A stretch of 64,000 nucleotides of DNA from Spirochaetia bacterium (lineage in GTDB: Bacteria; Spirochaetota; Spirochaetia; UBA9216): assembly GCA_963677925.2 (NCBI GenBank), contig CAXXYH010000003.1, forward strand, positions 416,001 to 480,000, read 5' to 3'. Positions 26,289 through 36,929 of the stretch are shown piece after piece (position 1 is the stretch's first letter; each line of letters starts with the position of its first letter). The notes beneath the pieces are model-generated. The model did no database searches and had not been told where the DNA came from. It worked only from the letters and a program-made list of their open reading frames with translations. Both the position numbers and the translations under genes were made by a program.

Positions 26289-27053
26289 CTATATCTTACC
26301 AAGGCGCCTTGATATTTCGTCGGCAGTCTGCTTTACCGCCCTGCCGATGAAATCAGGGTCAGCCTCTGTTTTACTGACATTCCAGGCCGTACTGATTGCG
26401 GCAATTATTTTATTGCGGTAGTCATAGACCGGCGCACCCACACAGCGAACTCCGCTCTGATGCTCCTCAATATCCTCGGACCAGCCGCGTTTTTTCATTC
26501 GCCTTATTTTATGCTGCAGACGAATCGGATCGGTTTCTGTTTTCCTTGTAACCTTTTTCAATTCAATACTTGAAAGTATACTTTCAAGATTATCATCGTC
26601 TTCATCAAAAAGAAGAGATCTCCCCAGCGATGTACAGTGAATAGGAACACGCTTTCCTATTATTGAATAACGTCTGAGACTGTTGAACTGCTCAACTTTA
26701 TCTATGTAAACCACTTCGGTTTCTTCACGTACAGCAAGAAAAACTGTCTGGCCGGTAAGATCCGAGAGCTGCCGTAAATATGGTTCAGCCTCAGTCTTAA
26801 GCTCAATGCTGTTTAGAAGATGACTTGAGAGCATTATAAAGCCCAGTCCAAGCCTGTAATATTTATCTGACTTCTCGACATATCCCCGATCGATAAGTGA
26901 TTTCAGTATCCGGTAGACCGTTGACTTATGCAGCTCCAGCTGTTCCGAGAGTTCCGTAAGCCGAAGGCCTTTTCTTTCAAGAGAAAGGGCTTCCAGAATA
27001 TCGAAGGCACGCGAAATTGACTGTACTGATGATTCGTTTCTTTGTTCCGCCAT
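26289..27053 (-). CDS. IclR family regulator (KdgR-like)
   Basis: VQSISRAFDILE, LHKSTVYRIL, HCTSLG and GVRCVGAPV motifs; divergent from kdgK. Confidence 0.9.
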   Translation of the reverse strand: MAEQRNESSVQSISRAFDILEALSLERKGLRLTELSEQLELHKSTVYRILKSLIDRGYVEKSDKYYRLGLGFIMLSSHLLNSIELKTEAEPYLRQLSDLTGQTVFLAVREETEVVYIDKVEQFNSLRRYSIIGKRVPIHCTSLGRSLLFDEDDDNLESILSSIELKKVTRKTETDPIRLQHKIRRMKKRGWSEDIEEHQSGVRCVGAPVYDYRNKIIAAISTAWNVSKTEADPDFIGRAVKQTADEISRRLGKI

Positions 27054-27098
27054 ATGAAACTTTAGTTTATATTATGAACCTTTCAAAAGCAAGTCTGA

Positions 27099-27127
27099 TT
27101 GACAGCTATAGCCTCCGATTTTATACT
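27099..27127 (+). promoter_or_regulatory. sigma70 promoter of kdgK
   Basis: TTGACA-17 bp-TATACT. Confidence 0.7.
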
Positions 27128-27170
27128 GATTTTATTAAAACCAAAGAAAATTAATTACACAGGAGTTTTT

Positions 27171-28271
27171 ATGAACAAACTGAATATAAAACCAGCCTCT
27201 GAATGCCGCTGGGATGCAGCAGCACTCGGTGAAATAATGCTTAGATTCGATCCGGGTGACGGAAGAATTCGAAATACCCGTGAGTTCAGAGTATGGGAAG
27301 GCGGAGGCGAATACAATGTAATCCGCGGACTTCATAAATGCTTCAAACTCAGAACAACAGTAGTAACAGGTATACCTGATAATGATCTGGGTCTTCTGTT
27401 GGAAGATCTTATCTGTCAGGGCGGCGTTGATTATTCATATTCAAAAACCTTCCCCTACGACGGCATGGGAATCAACTACCGGCAGGGACTTAACTTTGTT
27501 GAAAAAGGCTTCGGAGTTAGAGGCGCATTGGGAGTTTCAGACAGAGCTCATACCGCCGCATCTTCAATTAAAGCCGGCGAAATAGACTGGAAGGCACTTT
27601 TTGATAAAGAAGGCGTAAGATGGTTTCATACCGGAGGAATCTATGCAGCCCTTTCCGAGGATGCTGCTGAGCTCACAATAGAAGCAATGAAGGCCGCAAA
27701 GGCTGCCGGGACTGTAGTAAGTTATGACCTCAACTATCGTCCGTCCCTGTGGAAAGCAAACGGTGGGCAGCAGAAGGCTCAGGAAATAAACCGTGAAATT
27801 GCAAAATATGTTGATGTAATGATAGGAAATGAAGAAGACTTTTCAGCAGCACTCGGCTTTGAACTTAAGAGCGCAGAGAAAGGATTTAAGGGCCTTGATA
27901 TTGAGAACTACAAGGACATGATGAGAACCGTTGCTTCCGAGTATCCTAATTTCTGCGCTATAGCAACAACTCTCAGAGATGTAAAATCAGCCACGGTGAA
28001 CGACTGGAGTGCAGTCCTTTATACTGACGATGAGTTTTATTATTCAATTGAAAGACCGGCACTTGAAATATACGACAGAGTCGGCGGCGGCGATTCATTT
28101 GCATCCGGATTGGTATATGGATTTCTTCAGGGATTTGATCCTGAGAAGTGTGTGAACTTCGGAGCCGCACATGGTGCACTTGCAATGACAACCCCCGGAG
28201 ATACCTCTATGGCATCGCTTAAAGAAGTAGAAAAACTTGCAGGCGGGGGAAACGCACGGGTAGATAGATAG
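27171..28271 (+). CDS. kdgK: 2-keto-3-deoxygluconate kinase (PfkB family)
   Basis: GEIMLR, GGGEYNV, DLNYRPSLW, GNEED and DRVGGGDSF motifs; AGGAG RBS. Confidence 0.88.
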   Translation: MNKLNIKPASECRWDAAALGEIMLRFDPGDGRIRNTREFRVWEGGGEYNVIRGLHKCFKLRTTVVTGIPDNDLGLLLEDLICQGGVDYSYSKTFPYDGMGINYRQGLNFVEKGFGVRGALGVSDRAHTAASSIKAGEIDWKALFDKEGVRWFHTGGIYAALSEDAAELTIEAMKAAKAAGTVVSYDLNYRPSLWKANGGQQKAQEINREIAKYVDVMIGNEEDFSAALGFELKSAEKGFKGLDIENYKDMMRTVASEYPNFCAIATTLRDVKSATVNDWSAVLYTDDEFYYSIERPALEIYDRVGGGDSFASGLVYGFLQGFDPEKCVNFGAAHGALAMTTPGDTSMASLKEVEKLAGGGNARVDR

Positions 28272-28329
28272 TATCTGCATAATGTCCAATTGCAGGTTTT
28301 TTCTTAATTCATATTTTTCAAATAATTCT

Positions 28330-28364
28330 GCCCTGTGATATAACAGCTCACAGGGCTTCTTTTC
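28330..28364. terminator. Terminator hairpin between convergent genes
   Basis: GCCCTGTGA-loop-TCACAGGGC followed by TTCTTTTC. Confidence 0.7.
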
Positions 28365-29786
28365 TTAATAAGAATCTAAAAGCTGGATAAGATATGGATA
28401 TCCATTATTGATATCTGAATTGCTATCCCATTTTTCAGTAAAATCCCAGCCCTCGGCAATAAAGTTAGTTTCATCCTGCATTAAAATTGTAATCATCGAC
28501 ATTCCGATATCAGTCCAACTGTTACCCGAGCCCCCTGCGTCAATATAACCAGAGGTTTGAGCGTCATAAAAACAGGCTGTCACAATGCCGGTGTTTTGCC
28601 CTACCAGCCCACCGATAAAAGCAGAACCTGAAACAAAGCCTGTTGAATAACAGTTGGATACATCTATTGAAACATTAGTACCGATGAGACCTCCTGTATT
28701 GGTAATTCCTTCAACCGCTCCCATTGCATAGCTGTCGGTCACTGTTCCAGCTGATACAAGTCCAGCAAGTCCGCCGGTATCAGTGTCTCCTGAAACATTT
28801 CCGGTTGCGTAACAGGCTGTTATCTCACTTATATCTGAATCGCATAGCCCTACAAGTCCTCCGACCTGTATCAATCCTTCGACATTTCCGGTTGAAAAGC
28901 TGCGATAAATCTTGCCGGGGTTATTACCGACCAGACCTCCTCCACACTGCGCTTTTGAGATTACAGCTGTATCAGAACTGCAGCGAATGATTAGACCTTC
29001 GTTATATCCTGTTAACCCACCTATATCAATTTGACCTTCGACACTTCCTGAGACTTTGCAATCTGTAATAACGCCCATATTCCAGCCTGTCAGACAACCG
29101 CTTCCGCAACCCACATTCAAATTTACATCAGTTAGATTTAATCCATATATATGACCAGTTGAATAGGAGAAAAGACCCTTATAATGTTCATCTATGTCCT
29201 TATCAATTTTTAAATTTGATATAGTATGCCCGTTTCCGCTGAAAGAACCTGAAAAAACAAGTGCAGTAGGGTCAGAGCTGTAGCAAATGGGGGTCCATTC
29301 TACATTATCAAGATTAATATCTTTTGCAAGCAGATATGCACCATCGGGATTGCTGCTTATATTCAGCAGTTCATCTGCAGTAGTAATAATGCTGTATTCA
29401 TCTGTTTCCCCGTCAAGTGATGGTGAAATATAAAGAGTATAATCAGCAGATTTATAGCCTGCAGTATCTACCGTATTGAAAGTGATGGTGTAAATGTAGT
29501 AATAGCCGGCAAGATCACTGATAACAAAACTTTCTTCTCCGGCACTTATTGTTCCGCTGAATGTATCAGTGTCACTGGAAACATTATACATAATGTAATT
29601 AAAATCATCCGCCTCCGGATCTGTCCATGTAAAAGATATTGAACTATCAGTTGTGGAAAGACTGACAAGCGAAAACATTTCAGGCGCAATTATAGCCGCT
29701 GTTTCAATACTCTCATCACATGAAAAGAAAAGTAAAAATGATACTGACAGAACAATGATAAAAATTGGAATAGTAAACTTTTTCAT
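28365..29786 (-). CDS. GLUG-motif surface lipoprotein with an N-terminal FN3-like domain
   Basis: Lipobox FFSC; FSGSFSGNGHTISNL; repeated GGLVG.N / Y.TG.V.G units; INNGYPYL end. Confidence 0.82.
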   Translation of the reverse strand: MKKFTIPIFIIVLSVSFLLFFSCDESIETAAIIAPEMFSLVSLSTTDSSISFTWTDPEADDFNYIMYNVSSDTDTFSGTISAGEESFVISDLAGYYYIYTITFNTVDTAGYKSADYTLYISPSLDGETDEYSIITTADELLNISSNPDGAYLLAKDINLDNVEWTPICYSSDPTALVFSGSFSGNGHTISNLKIDKDIDEHYKGLFSYSTGHIYGLNLTDVNLNVGCGSGCLTGWNMGVITDCKVSGSVEGQIDIGGLTGYNEGLIIRCSSDTAVISKAQCGGGLVGNNPGKIYRSFSTGNVEGLIQVGGLVGLCDSDISEITACYATGNVSGDTDTGGLAGLVSAGTVTDSYAMGAVEGITNTGGLIGTNVSIDVSNCYSTGFVSGSAFIGGLVGQNTGIVTACFYDAQTSGYIDAGGSGNSWTDIGMSMITILMQDETNFIAEGWDFTEKWDSNSDINNGYPYLIQLLDSY

Positions 29787-29891
29787 ATATCACCTCTGAA
29801 ATTTTTATTTCAGCAAGCAATATAGATCAAAATGAAAAGCAGATCGTCCCGCTGGATACAGCGGGACTTTTTTCTAACATTTGAATAAGCT

Positions 29892-31964
29892 TTAATGCTG
29901 CAGGCTGTCGTATGCGCTGATAAAGCCGGCAGCTGACCATGCCTGAAAGGCTTTTCCCATTGGTCGGCCGGTTTGGCCATGTACCCACTCATTGAATTCC
30001 CATTCATACCGGGCACCCTTCTCGTTTACCTGAGCAAGTCTGAAAAGTTCATTTTGAGCGAGGTTACGCATACCAAGGCTGCTGATGAACTGCACCCAGT
30101 ATGAACCGATAAACGGCCATATGCCGCCGTTATGATAGTGATGCGGAAGGTTAAGCAAATTTACTGTATAATACTGCCGCCAGCCCGGATCTCCGGCATT
30201 TACCGGCGGATACAGGTTTGCAACCGGAGAGGGTTCATTTACACCGACACCCCACATAAAACTGAAGGCAGTCCGAGCCTTCTCCAGTGATATTACATTA
30301 AATAGAGCAGCAAGAATATTCGCGTAGACATCGCATCTCCAGTCGAATCCAAAGGGTGTAATTTCTGCAAGAAGGTACTGTGTATCACCAAGTGAATACT
30401 GCTGATCAGCAAATGTTTTTATAGTATCACTGTGGATACTTGGCCAGAATTTTCTATTAATAGTCTGCTTTATTGACTGTGACTTTCTGAGATAGAAACC
30501 GGCTTTTTCATAATCACCTGTAAGCTCGGCTATTCTTCCGGCACAAAGATTACAGTAGAACCACAGTACTTCATCGTAGAGTACATTGTAACTTCTGCCG
30601 AAAAGGTCCATCCAGTCTCCTGCTTCCGGAACTTCGATAAGGTCATCGGCATTACTGTCATGAGCCCAGAGCCAGTCCAGAATTTTAAAGATCACATCCT
30701 TCCAGGCTCTAAGATAAGTATAATCCCTGGCTTTCCTTATATAATGGTAAAAGGCAATTACAAGCCAGAGTCCGCTGTCAATTGAGGCAATTCCGCCGAC
30801 TCCTGAATAGTCCGGGGTCAAATCATCAATACGTACATTGCTTGGAACCTGACCTGATTTTTTAACATTTTCAAGCAGAGTATCAAGAGTTCGGCGCTGA
30901 GCATGCTCAATTTCTTCATCCTCAAGGCTCAATGAGTTCATGACTGTAATAGCTCCATCACGAGCCCAAATACTTTTGTAATTTGCATCAGTAGCCTCAA
31001 AAGAATTATATTCAAGGCTGCATGCAGAAAAACCATGAGCGGTTATATTTTTCTTCAGAGCATCCACGGCCCTGGAATATGCAGTTTCAATATAATCAAC
31101 CTGATTATCATCAAGTTGATTAAATGTTTCCGAACGTACTACGCCGCGAATTGAAGGAGCGTATTTCCTGTGTTCTATATCTATGCCGCTTTCATCTTCG
31201 ATTTCATCGATTACACCATAATGTATCAAGCCGTCAAGAATTCCATCAGCAATTGTTTCTATAGAAATATAAGTATCAAGTTCAACCGTAGCAGCGAAAA
31301 GTTCAGGCTGTGAGTTTTCAACAACAATTCCCTTAACACCTGGGACAAAAAACATTGAAGAATCATTACCCGTATCACCGCCTACAATAACTTCTTCACC
31401 CTTTATATTCAGATTTTCCATTAACCACTTAAGAGCATTTCCCTTGTTCGCGTACTCAGGAAGAACATCCAGATCTCTGGAACTTGAATAAACAAGATTT
31501 ACACGTAAACCCGCTTTTTCAAGCATCTGCTTAATTTCATCTATACGCTCCTTTGCTGCGTCATGAATATACCATGAGGATTTAAAAGCATCCTGAAATT
31601 TTTCCGGCTGACGGGTCAGATCAATTTCTGCTGAAAGAATTTCTTCTACAAGTTTTCCGTCCCATCCGCTTGTGAGAGTATTATTAAATTCTTTCAGAAC
31701 GGTCTCTACTCCCGCATCATAGATAAGTGTTCCAACCCCGCATATACAGTAATCAGGTTTTGGAAGGTCACTTGAAGCTATGAGATCAAGAGTACTTTTA
31801 AGCAGCCTTCCGGAATTATAGCAAAGCAGAGGGCGCTTCTCTTCAGGGAGCTTTTCATAAGTCAGTTTGAATCTCAGCGTTGCATCAGGTTTTCCGATAA
31901 GAGTTCCATCCAGATCAAAGGACATAAGTTTAATATTTGTATCAGTATCATTAAAGGTTTTCAT
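29892..31964 (-). CDS. Fusion of a mannosylfructose/sucrose-phosphate phosphatase (HAD-IIB) and a GH100/GDE-like glycoside hydrolase
   Basis: N-terminal: FDLDGT, YNSGR, KSSW, YSSSRDLDVLP..NKG, GDTGND. C-terminal: WARD, DSGLW, DWMD, YHNGGIWP, FNEW, QAWSA. Confidence 0.85.
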   Translation of the reverse strand: MKTFNDTDTNIKLMSFDLDGTLIGKPDATLRFKLTYEKLPEEKRPLLCYNSGRLLKSTLDLIASSDLPKPDYCICGVGTLIYDAGVETVLKEFNNTLTSGWDGKLVEEILSAEIDLTRQPEKFQDAFKSSWYIHDAAKERIDEIKQMLEKAGLRVNLVYSSSRDLDVLPEYANKGNALKWLMENLNIKGEEVIVGGDTGNDSSMFFVPGVKGIVVENSQPELFAATVELDTYISIETIADGILDGLIHYGVIDEIEDESGIDIEHRKYAPSIRGVVRSETFNQLDDNQVDYIETAYSRAVDALKKNITAHGFSACSLEYNSFEATDANYKSIWARDGAITVMNSLSLEDEEIEHAQRRTLDTLLENVKKSGQVPSNVRIDDLTPDYSGVGGIASIDSGLWLVIAFYHYIRKARDYTYLRAWKDVIFKILDWLWAHDSNADDLIEVPEAGDWMDLFGRSYNVLYDEVLWFYCNLCAGRIAELTGDYEKAGFYLRKSQSIKQTINRKFWPSIHSDTIKTFADQQYSLGDTQYLLAEITPFGFDWRCDVYANILAALFNVISLEKARTAFSFMWGVGVNEPSPVANLYPPVNAGDPGWRQYYTVNLLNLPHHYHNGGIWPFIGSYWVQFISSLGMRNLAQNELFRLAQVNEKGARYEWEFNEWVHGQTGRPMGKAFQAWSAAGFISAYDSLQH

Positions 31965-31978
31965 CTTTCCTCAGTTTA

Positions 31979-33337
31979 TCAGTTCAGTACAGTGCTTCTG
32001 CTCTCTTTAAAATCATTTGATTCTACAAATTCTATAAGCTGGTTAACTATCTCTGTCCAGCTGAATTTACCTCGTGCCACCCTGCTGCCTTCAGATGATA
32101 GAAGGTACGCAAGAGCATCATGCTTAAGAATGGTATGCATATCCATAGCAAGGTCTTCAGGCTCAAAGGGATCAGATTTCAGACCATGTATGCCGTCTTT
32201 TATTACTTTGCACAATCCTCCATGTGCAGTAACTATAGTCGGCGTCCCGCAGGCCATTGCTTCAACTGCTGTCATACCGAAAGGTTCATAGCGGCTGGAC
32301 AGAACAAATATATCTGCGGCCCGGTAACAGTCCGCCATCATATCATCCGGTATATAACCGGTAAAATGGACTCTGTCGGTTATTCCATATTTTTCAGCTC
32401 TTTCAATCAGATCGCTGTAGATTGCTTCTTCGGTCTCGGAACGCTCTTCATGTCCGACAGCCAGATAAAGGTGAGCATCAGGATCACGTTTGGCAAATAT
32501 TGAGAAACCATCCATAAGCAGGTCCAGCCCCTTGTTGTGAGCCAGTCTTGAAATTGCAAGAATGCATGTTTCCGGTAAACCCCATCTTTTCTTTAATTAT
32601 TGCTTTCGATGCATCTCCCATAGGGAAAAAACTTGTTATCGTCATATCCGGGCGGAATCATAGTGACTTTCTGTTCCGGAAGTTCATATTCGTTTATCAG
32701 CATTTCCTGCTGTATAGGAGTGGTAGCAACCAGGCCGCTGCAGTCATTAAAAATGGTCTCTTCATATTTGGTTCGATCTTCAAAATTATATATTTTTTCA
32801 AATTCAGCTTCACTTTTATCGAAATCTTTCTCCATATTATTCTTCTTCCAGATTCCGACTGAATGCGGTGTATGGATATGCGGAATAGACAGTTCTTTTC
32901 TTAAAATCTCCCCTGCAAGACCCGCATCCCAGTAGTGACTATTTATAAATTTATATTGGTGTTTATTTGTAATTATCCAGTTCTGCAGATTATCTGCAAA
33001 CTCAGGGATATGTTCATATAAATATTCTTTAGGGATAAAATCATTCCCTCCGCATGGTATCCGCACAACACGGACACGTTCATCAACCTCATCTATTTCC
33101 GGCTGGTCTTCAAATCGTCTGGTAAAAATGATCAACATGATACCCCAGTCTGCCGAGAACTTTTGACAGCTCAAGGACATAAACAACCTGGCCTCCAGTG
33201 TCGGGAGCACCAAGCGGCGGCTCTGCAGCGACATATCCATGTGATGAGATCATCATTATTCTGTCTGAAATCTGTTTTTCGGGGTCCTCGCTTTCCGGTG
33301 ACTCAAAAGGCGTCCCGATTGTAAAATCGTTGTTCAT
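31979..33337 (-). pseudogene. mfpsA: GT4 mannosylfructose-phosphate synthase (MfpsA/SPS-like), interrupted by three +1 frameshifts
   Basis: Pieces join as ISSHGYVAAEPPLGAPDTGGQVVYVLEL / FTRRFEDQPE..INSHYWDAG..HTPHS..IPPGYDD / FFPMGDASK / ILAISRLAHNKG..SRYEPFGMTAVEAMACG. Shifts near 33130, 32625 and 32565-32597. Confidence 0.8.
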
Positions 33338-33525
33338 ATTATCTCCTAAACTTAATAAAATATTAGTATTTATTTATATCTATAAATATTTACAGATATT
33401 TATTTCAACATACATAAATATAAGTTAATAATATACAGCGATTTACTCAAGTGTTATAGTAGCGAATAAGCTTACTTTTATTTAGAATTCTAAATATATA
33501 TGGATTTTATTTTAAATAATATATA

Positions 33526-33930
33526 TCAGGCGCCATGAGATATCAAAAATTCTGAATATTTTTTGTCGGTTCCCTTTATATGACTCTGAAGCCATCCTGC
33601 AAGAAAGTTCAGAATATCTATTGATAATGTTCTTTTGCCGCTCTTAAAATCTTCATTGAACACACTGATTTTCTCTACAAAATCGCGGTGTTCCGAGATA
33701 TGTTCAGCTGCATCGGGATAATTATAAGACTTGAAAAGGTTTTCTTCTGTTTTAAAGTGTGTTTGGGTATATTTGATTAATCGCTGAATGATTGGACTCA
33801 TAATATCGTTACCCTTACCGGCTTTCATTGCATCAGTAAGTTCGTTCAGCATCTTTACCAGATTAATATGCTGTTCATCAATTTCAGCAATTCCTACACT
33901 AAATGAATCATTCCAGTTAATTAAAGACAT
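33526..33930 (-). CDS. Bacteriohemerythrin
   Basis: WNDSFSVGIAEIDEQH, HFKTEE, H...H and WLQSHI..TD motifs. Confidence 0.93.
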   Translation of the reverse strand: MSLINWNDSFSVGIAEIDEQHINLVKMLNELTDAMKAGKGNDIMSPIIQRLIKYTQTHFKTEENLFKSYNYPDAAEHISEHRDFVEKISVFNEDFKSGKRTLSIDILNFLAGWLQSHIKGTDKKYSEFLISHGA

Positions 33931-34018
33931 CTACACCTCCATTAGTTCTATACAGTCTAAAGAACATAGAGGTCAAAATCAAATAATCAGAGTAAAGTTA
34001 CTATAGATATATCAGCCT

Positions 34019-34972
34019 CTAGTAGCCTTTTTCAAAATCCACAGTAAAGTTCAGCGGTTTACCGGAAATATAATTTTTAAGGTTTCCAAAAATAACATCA
34101 AAAACACGATCCCGATAAGCATCTGACAGGTAAGAATTGTGAGGGGTTATTATAATATCAGCAGCATCCCATAATGGACTGTCTGCAGCCAGCGGTTCCT
34201 GTTTAAATACATCAAGAGCAGCCCCCCTGAGAACTCCTTCTTTCAGTTTAGCAAGAAGGTCTTCTTCATTGACTACAGAACCTCTTGAAATATTTATAAA
34301 GCAGGCATCTTTTTTCAACAGCGACAATGTTTTCTTGTTAATTAAATTCTCAGTCTCGGAAGTCGCAGGAATAGCAGAAACGAGAATATCACATTCAGGA
34401 AGAAGATTAGCAAGCTGAGCGAGACTGCAGCAGCGATCGAAGCCGGCAACAGCCCTCCCGCTTCTGTTGATTCCTGTAATCTCAACTCCGAAAGCCTTCA
34501 GTCTTGAAGCCGCTTCAACTGCAATCCCTCCAGTACCAAGAAAGATTATGTTCTTACCTGCAAGCTCAGATATATTCCGGTCTTCATTCCATATTTTTTT
34601 TCTCATATTATTATACATGGTAGAAGAGTTTTTAAGCAGCATGAGAATCATTGTGATAATCCATTCGGCTATTGGAATAGATGTAGCATTGCCGTTATTA
34701 GCAACAATAATACCGGCTTTTTTTATTTTTTCCCGGGGTGCCTGGTTGATTCCCTTACTGACTAGTTGAATAAATTTAAGCTTCTCAAGATTACTGATAT
34801 CAACTTTGTCAAATGGATCATAACAGATAAGAACTTCAGTGTTTCCGGGTATTTCATTTCCTGTTATTTTATCTTCATTTATATAAGCGACTTCATAACC
34901 TTCCAGCTCTATTTTACGGAAGTTTTCTCTTCCATATGGAAATGTAAATACCACTAGCGGTTTATTCTGCAT
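34019..34972 (-). CDS. D-isomer-specific 2-hydroxyacid dehydrogenase
   Basis: GTGGIA, INISRG, ALDVFKQEPL and ITPHNS motifs. Confidence 0.9.
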   Translation of the reverse strand: MQNKPLVVFTFPYGRENFRKIELEGYEVAYINEDKITGNEIPGNTEVLICYDPFDKVDISNLEKLKFIQLVSKGINQAPREKIKKAGIIVANNGNATSIPIAEWIITMILMLLKNSSTMYNNMRKKIWNEDRNISELAGKNIIFLGTGGIAVEAASRLKAFGVEITGINRSGRAVAGFDRCCSLAQLANLLPECDILVSAIPATSETENLINKKTLSLLKKDACFINISRGSVVNEEDLLAKLKEGVLRGAALDVFKQEPLAADSPLWDAADIIITPHNSYLSDAYRDRVFDVIFGNLKNYISGKPLNFTVDFEKGY

Positions 34973-36146
34973 TATTACTCCCGAAGTTCAAAATTTTGTT
35001 AAAATAATCTGCAAACCTTTCAGCTCCTGCAGTCATGGTTTCAGCTGAATTGGCAAAAGCAAGTCTAATCCAGCCTTCCGCCTCATTACCGAATGCTGTG
35101 CCCGGAACTGTCAGGACCCCGCCTTCAGAAAGAAGTTTCAATGAAAAGTCTCTCGAATTGATTCCTGTTTTTCTAATATCGGCCATTATTCCGAGAGAGC
35201 CTCCGGACTTAATATAATCAAGATTTTCGATAGAGTCGAATTTATCACAGATAATATTACGCCGGCGCTCGTATTCCCTGCGCATCTGCTCAACACAATC
35301 CTGAGAACCCTTAAGTGCTGCAGCTCCGGCATGCTGAATGAATATCGGCAGACATGAGATAAGCGCCTGCTGCATTTTATAAAATCCTGAAACTAAATTA
35401 CTGCTTCCGAGAATATACCCAAGACGCCAGCCGGTCATGGCATATGTTTTAGACAGACTGTTTGCGATTAAGACCCTGCCTCTTAATTGAGGATGCTGCA
35501 TAGGGCTGTAATGAGTTTTTCCGTCGAAGACTATCTTTTCATATACCTCATCTGAAATAATCAGAACATTGCAGCCTTCAAGCGCGTGTGCAAGCCTCTC
35601 ACAGTATTCAAAATCGATTAACGTCCCTGACGGATTATTCGGATAATTTAGAATTACAGCTTTTGTTCTTGCAGTTACAGCTTCAGCAATTTCATCAGGA
35701 TTCATTAGAAATCCGTTTTCAGAAGAAGCCCTGATACGAATTACGCGGCCTCCGAACATTCTCACCTGCCCTTCGTAGCTGGTGTAGCTTGGATCGGACA
35801 CTATGACCTCATCTCCGCTGTCAAGAATTCCTGCAAGAATAATAAACATTGCTTCGACGCTTCCTGCAGTAGCCATGACATTATCGGGAGTAAAATCGAA
35901 ACCGAACTGATCGATATACTTTGCGGCTACTGCCTCTCTCAGCTCAACAAGTCCGGATTCTGTGGAATATTTGGTATTCCCGTCACGAAGTGATTTTACA
36001 GCTGCCTCCACTATATGTTCAGGAGTAGCAAGATCCGGATCCCCGTTACACATGTTAACAGCATCCGGATATTTCCGGTACATATCAAGCATTTCACGTA
36101 TGCCTGAAGCCGGCCATGTTTTAAGTAGTGTAGAAAATTGTTTCAT
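34962..36146 (-). CDS. PLP-dependent aminotransferase class I/II
   Basis: GDPD, NYPNNPSG, SDEVYE and SLSKTYAMTGWRLG motifs. Confidence 0.92.
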   Translation of the reverse strand: MKQFSTLLKTWPASGIREMLDMYRKYPDAVNMCNGDPDLATPEHIVEAAVKSLRDGNTKYSTESGLVELREAVAAKYIDQFGFDFTPDNVMATAGSVEAMFIILAGILDSGDEVIVSDPSYTSYEGQVRMFGGRVIRIRASSENGFLMNPDEIAEAVTARTKAVILNYPNNPSGTLIDFEYCERLAHALEGCNVLIISDEVYEKIVFDGKTHYSPMQHPQLRGRVLIANSLSKTYAMTGWRLGYILGSSNLVSGFYKMQQALISCLPIFIQHAGAAALKGSQDCVEQMRREYERRRNIICDKFDSIENLDYIKSGGSLGIMADIRKTGINSRDFSLKLLSEGGVLTVPGTAFGNEAEGWIRLAFANSAETMTAGAERFADYFNKILNFGSNNAE

Positions 36147-36200
36147 ATTAATCCAATTAACAGTTTTTATCTTGATTAGAGTGTTGAATGGTTATAGATT

Positions 36201-36239
36201 ATTAGCCGGTATTCAGTTACAGCTGAATACCGGTCTAAT
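36201..36239. other. Long intra-cluster hairpin after the ECF S-component gene
   Basis: ATTAGCCGGTATTCAG-TTACAG-CTGAATACCGGTCTAAT. Confidence 0.6.
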
Positions 36240-36252
36240 AATATCCGGCAGA

Positions 36253-36876
36253 TTAAATATCTGCAGCTTCTGCGACTTTATCTTCCTTAATATACTGTTC
36301 ACCGTATTTAAGTTTTGACAGGTATCTGCTGGATATTCTTTTAACAATAAGAACAGCAACAATGAGACTGAGAATCTTGTCTGCGCTTTCTGTAATAAAG
36401 TGGGTAGAAAATACAGCAGTCCAGATCTTGGTTCCTGTAGCGAGGAATCCTGCAGTGATCATTGAAGTTGCATGTCCTGTCATTCCACCAAAAAGTATTA
36501 CAGTGATGGGAGCGGCAGTACATGTAGCTACAAGAGCAATAATTACACCTGAAATACCAATCTTCCACCATTTGCCCATCATGCCTTTGGCAGAAAGCAG
36601 AGCAGCGAAGATACCGATTGCCATGTTTACAACTGAGTAAGGCAGGTATACAGGGTTAAAGATTGCATTAATAGCATTGGTCAGAAAACCAGTTATGATA
36701 GCAATCCAGGGACCAGCAACAATACCTACAAGTATTGTTCCGATTACATCAAGAAACACAGGGAGTCTCAGCAGCTGGGCAAGCTGAAATCCTACAATGT
36801 TGATAGCAACACATACTGGAATAAGCAGCAGTGAAACCAGGGTGAAGTCATCCTTGAAACTTCTTTTCTTTTCCAT
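36253..36876 (-). CDS. ECF transporter substrate-specific S component
   Basis: About 6 TM segments; IPVCVAINIVG, PVFLDVIGT..GPW and E..DK motifs. Confidence 0.85.
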   Translation of the reverse strand: MEKKRSFKDDFTLVSLLLIPVCVAINIVGFQLAQLLRLPVFLDVIGTILVGIVAGPWIAIITGFLTNAINAIFNPVYLPYSVVNMAIGIFAALLSAKGMMGKWWKIGISGVIIALVATCTAAPITVILFGGMTGHATSMITAGFLATGTKIWTAVFSTHFITESADKILSLIVAVLIVKRISSRYLSKLKYGEQYIKEDKVAEAADI

Positions 36877-36929
36877 TTAATTTCTCCTCGTTATATATTT
36901 AATGCCCGTATGGACATCTATAACCATAA

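Noticed and set aside
27052-27072. KdgR-like operator ATATGAAACTTTAGTTTATAT
   Set aside because: It is an imperfect palindrome with off-consensus spacing and only one copy, too weak to call.
28560-29120. Recurring sequence units in the GLUG gene
   Set aside because: These are protein-level GLUG repeats, degenerate at DNA level, with no sign of a DGR or contingency locus.
33340-33525. AT-rich spacer considered as a mobile-element boundary
   Set aside because: No terminal inverted repeats, target duplication, integrase or tRNA were found.
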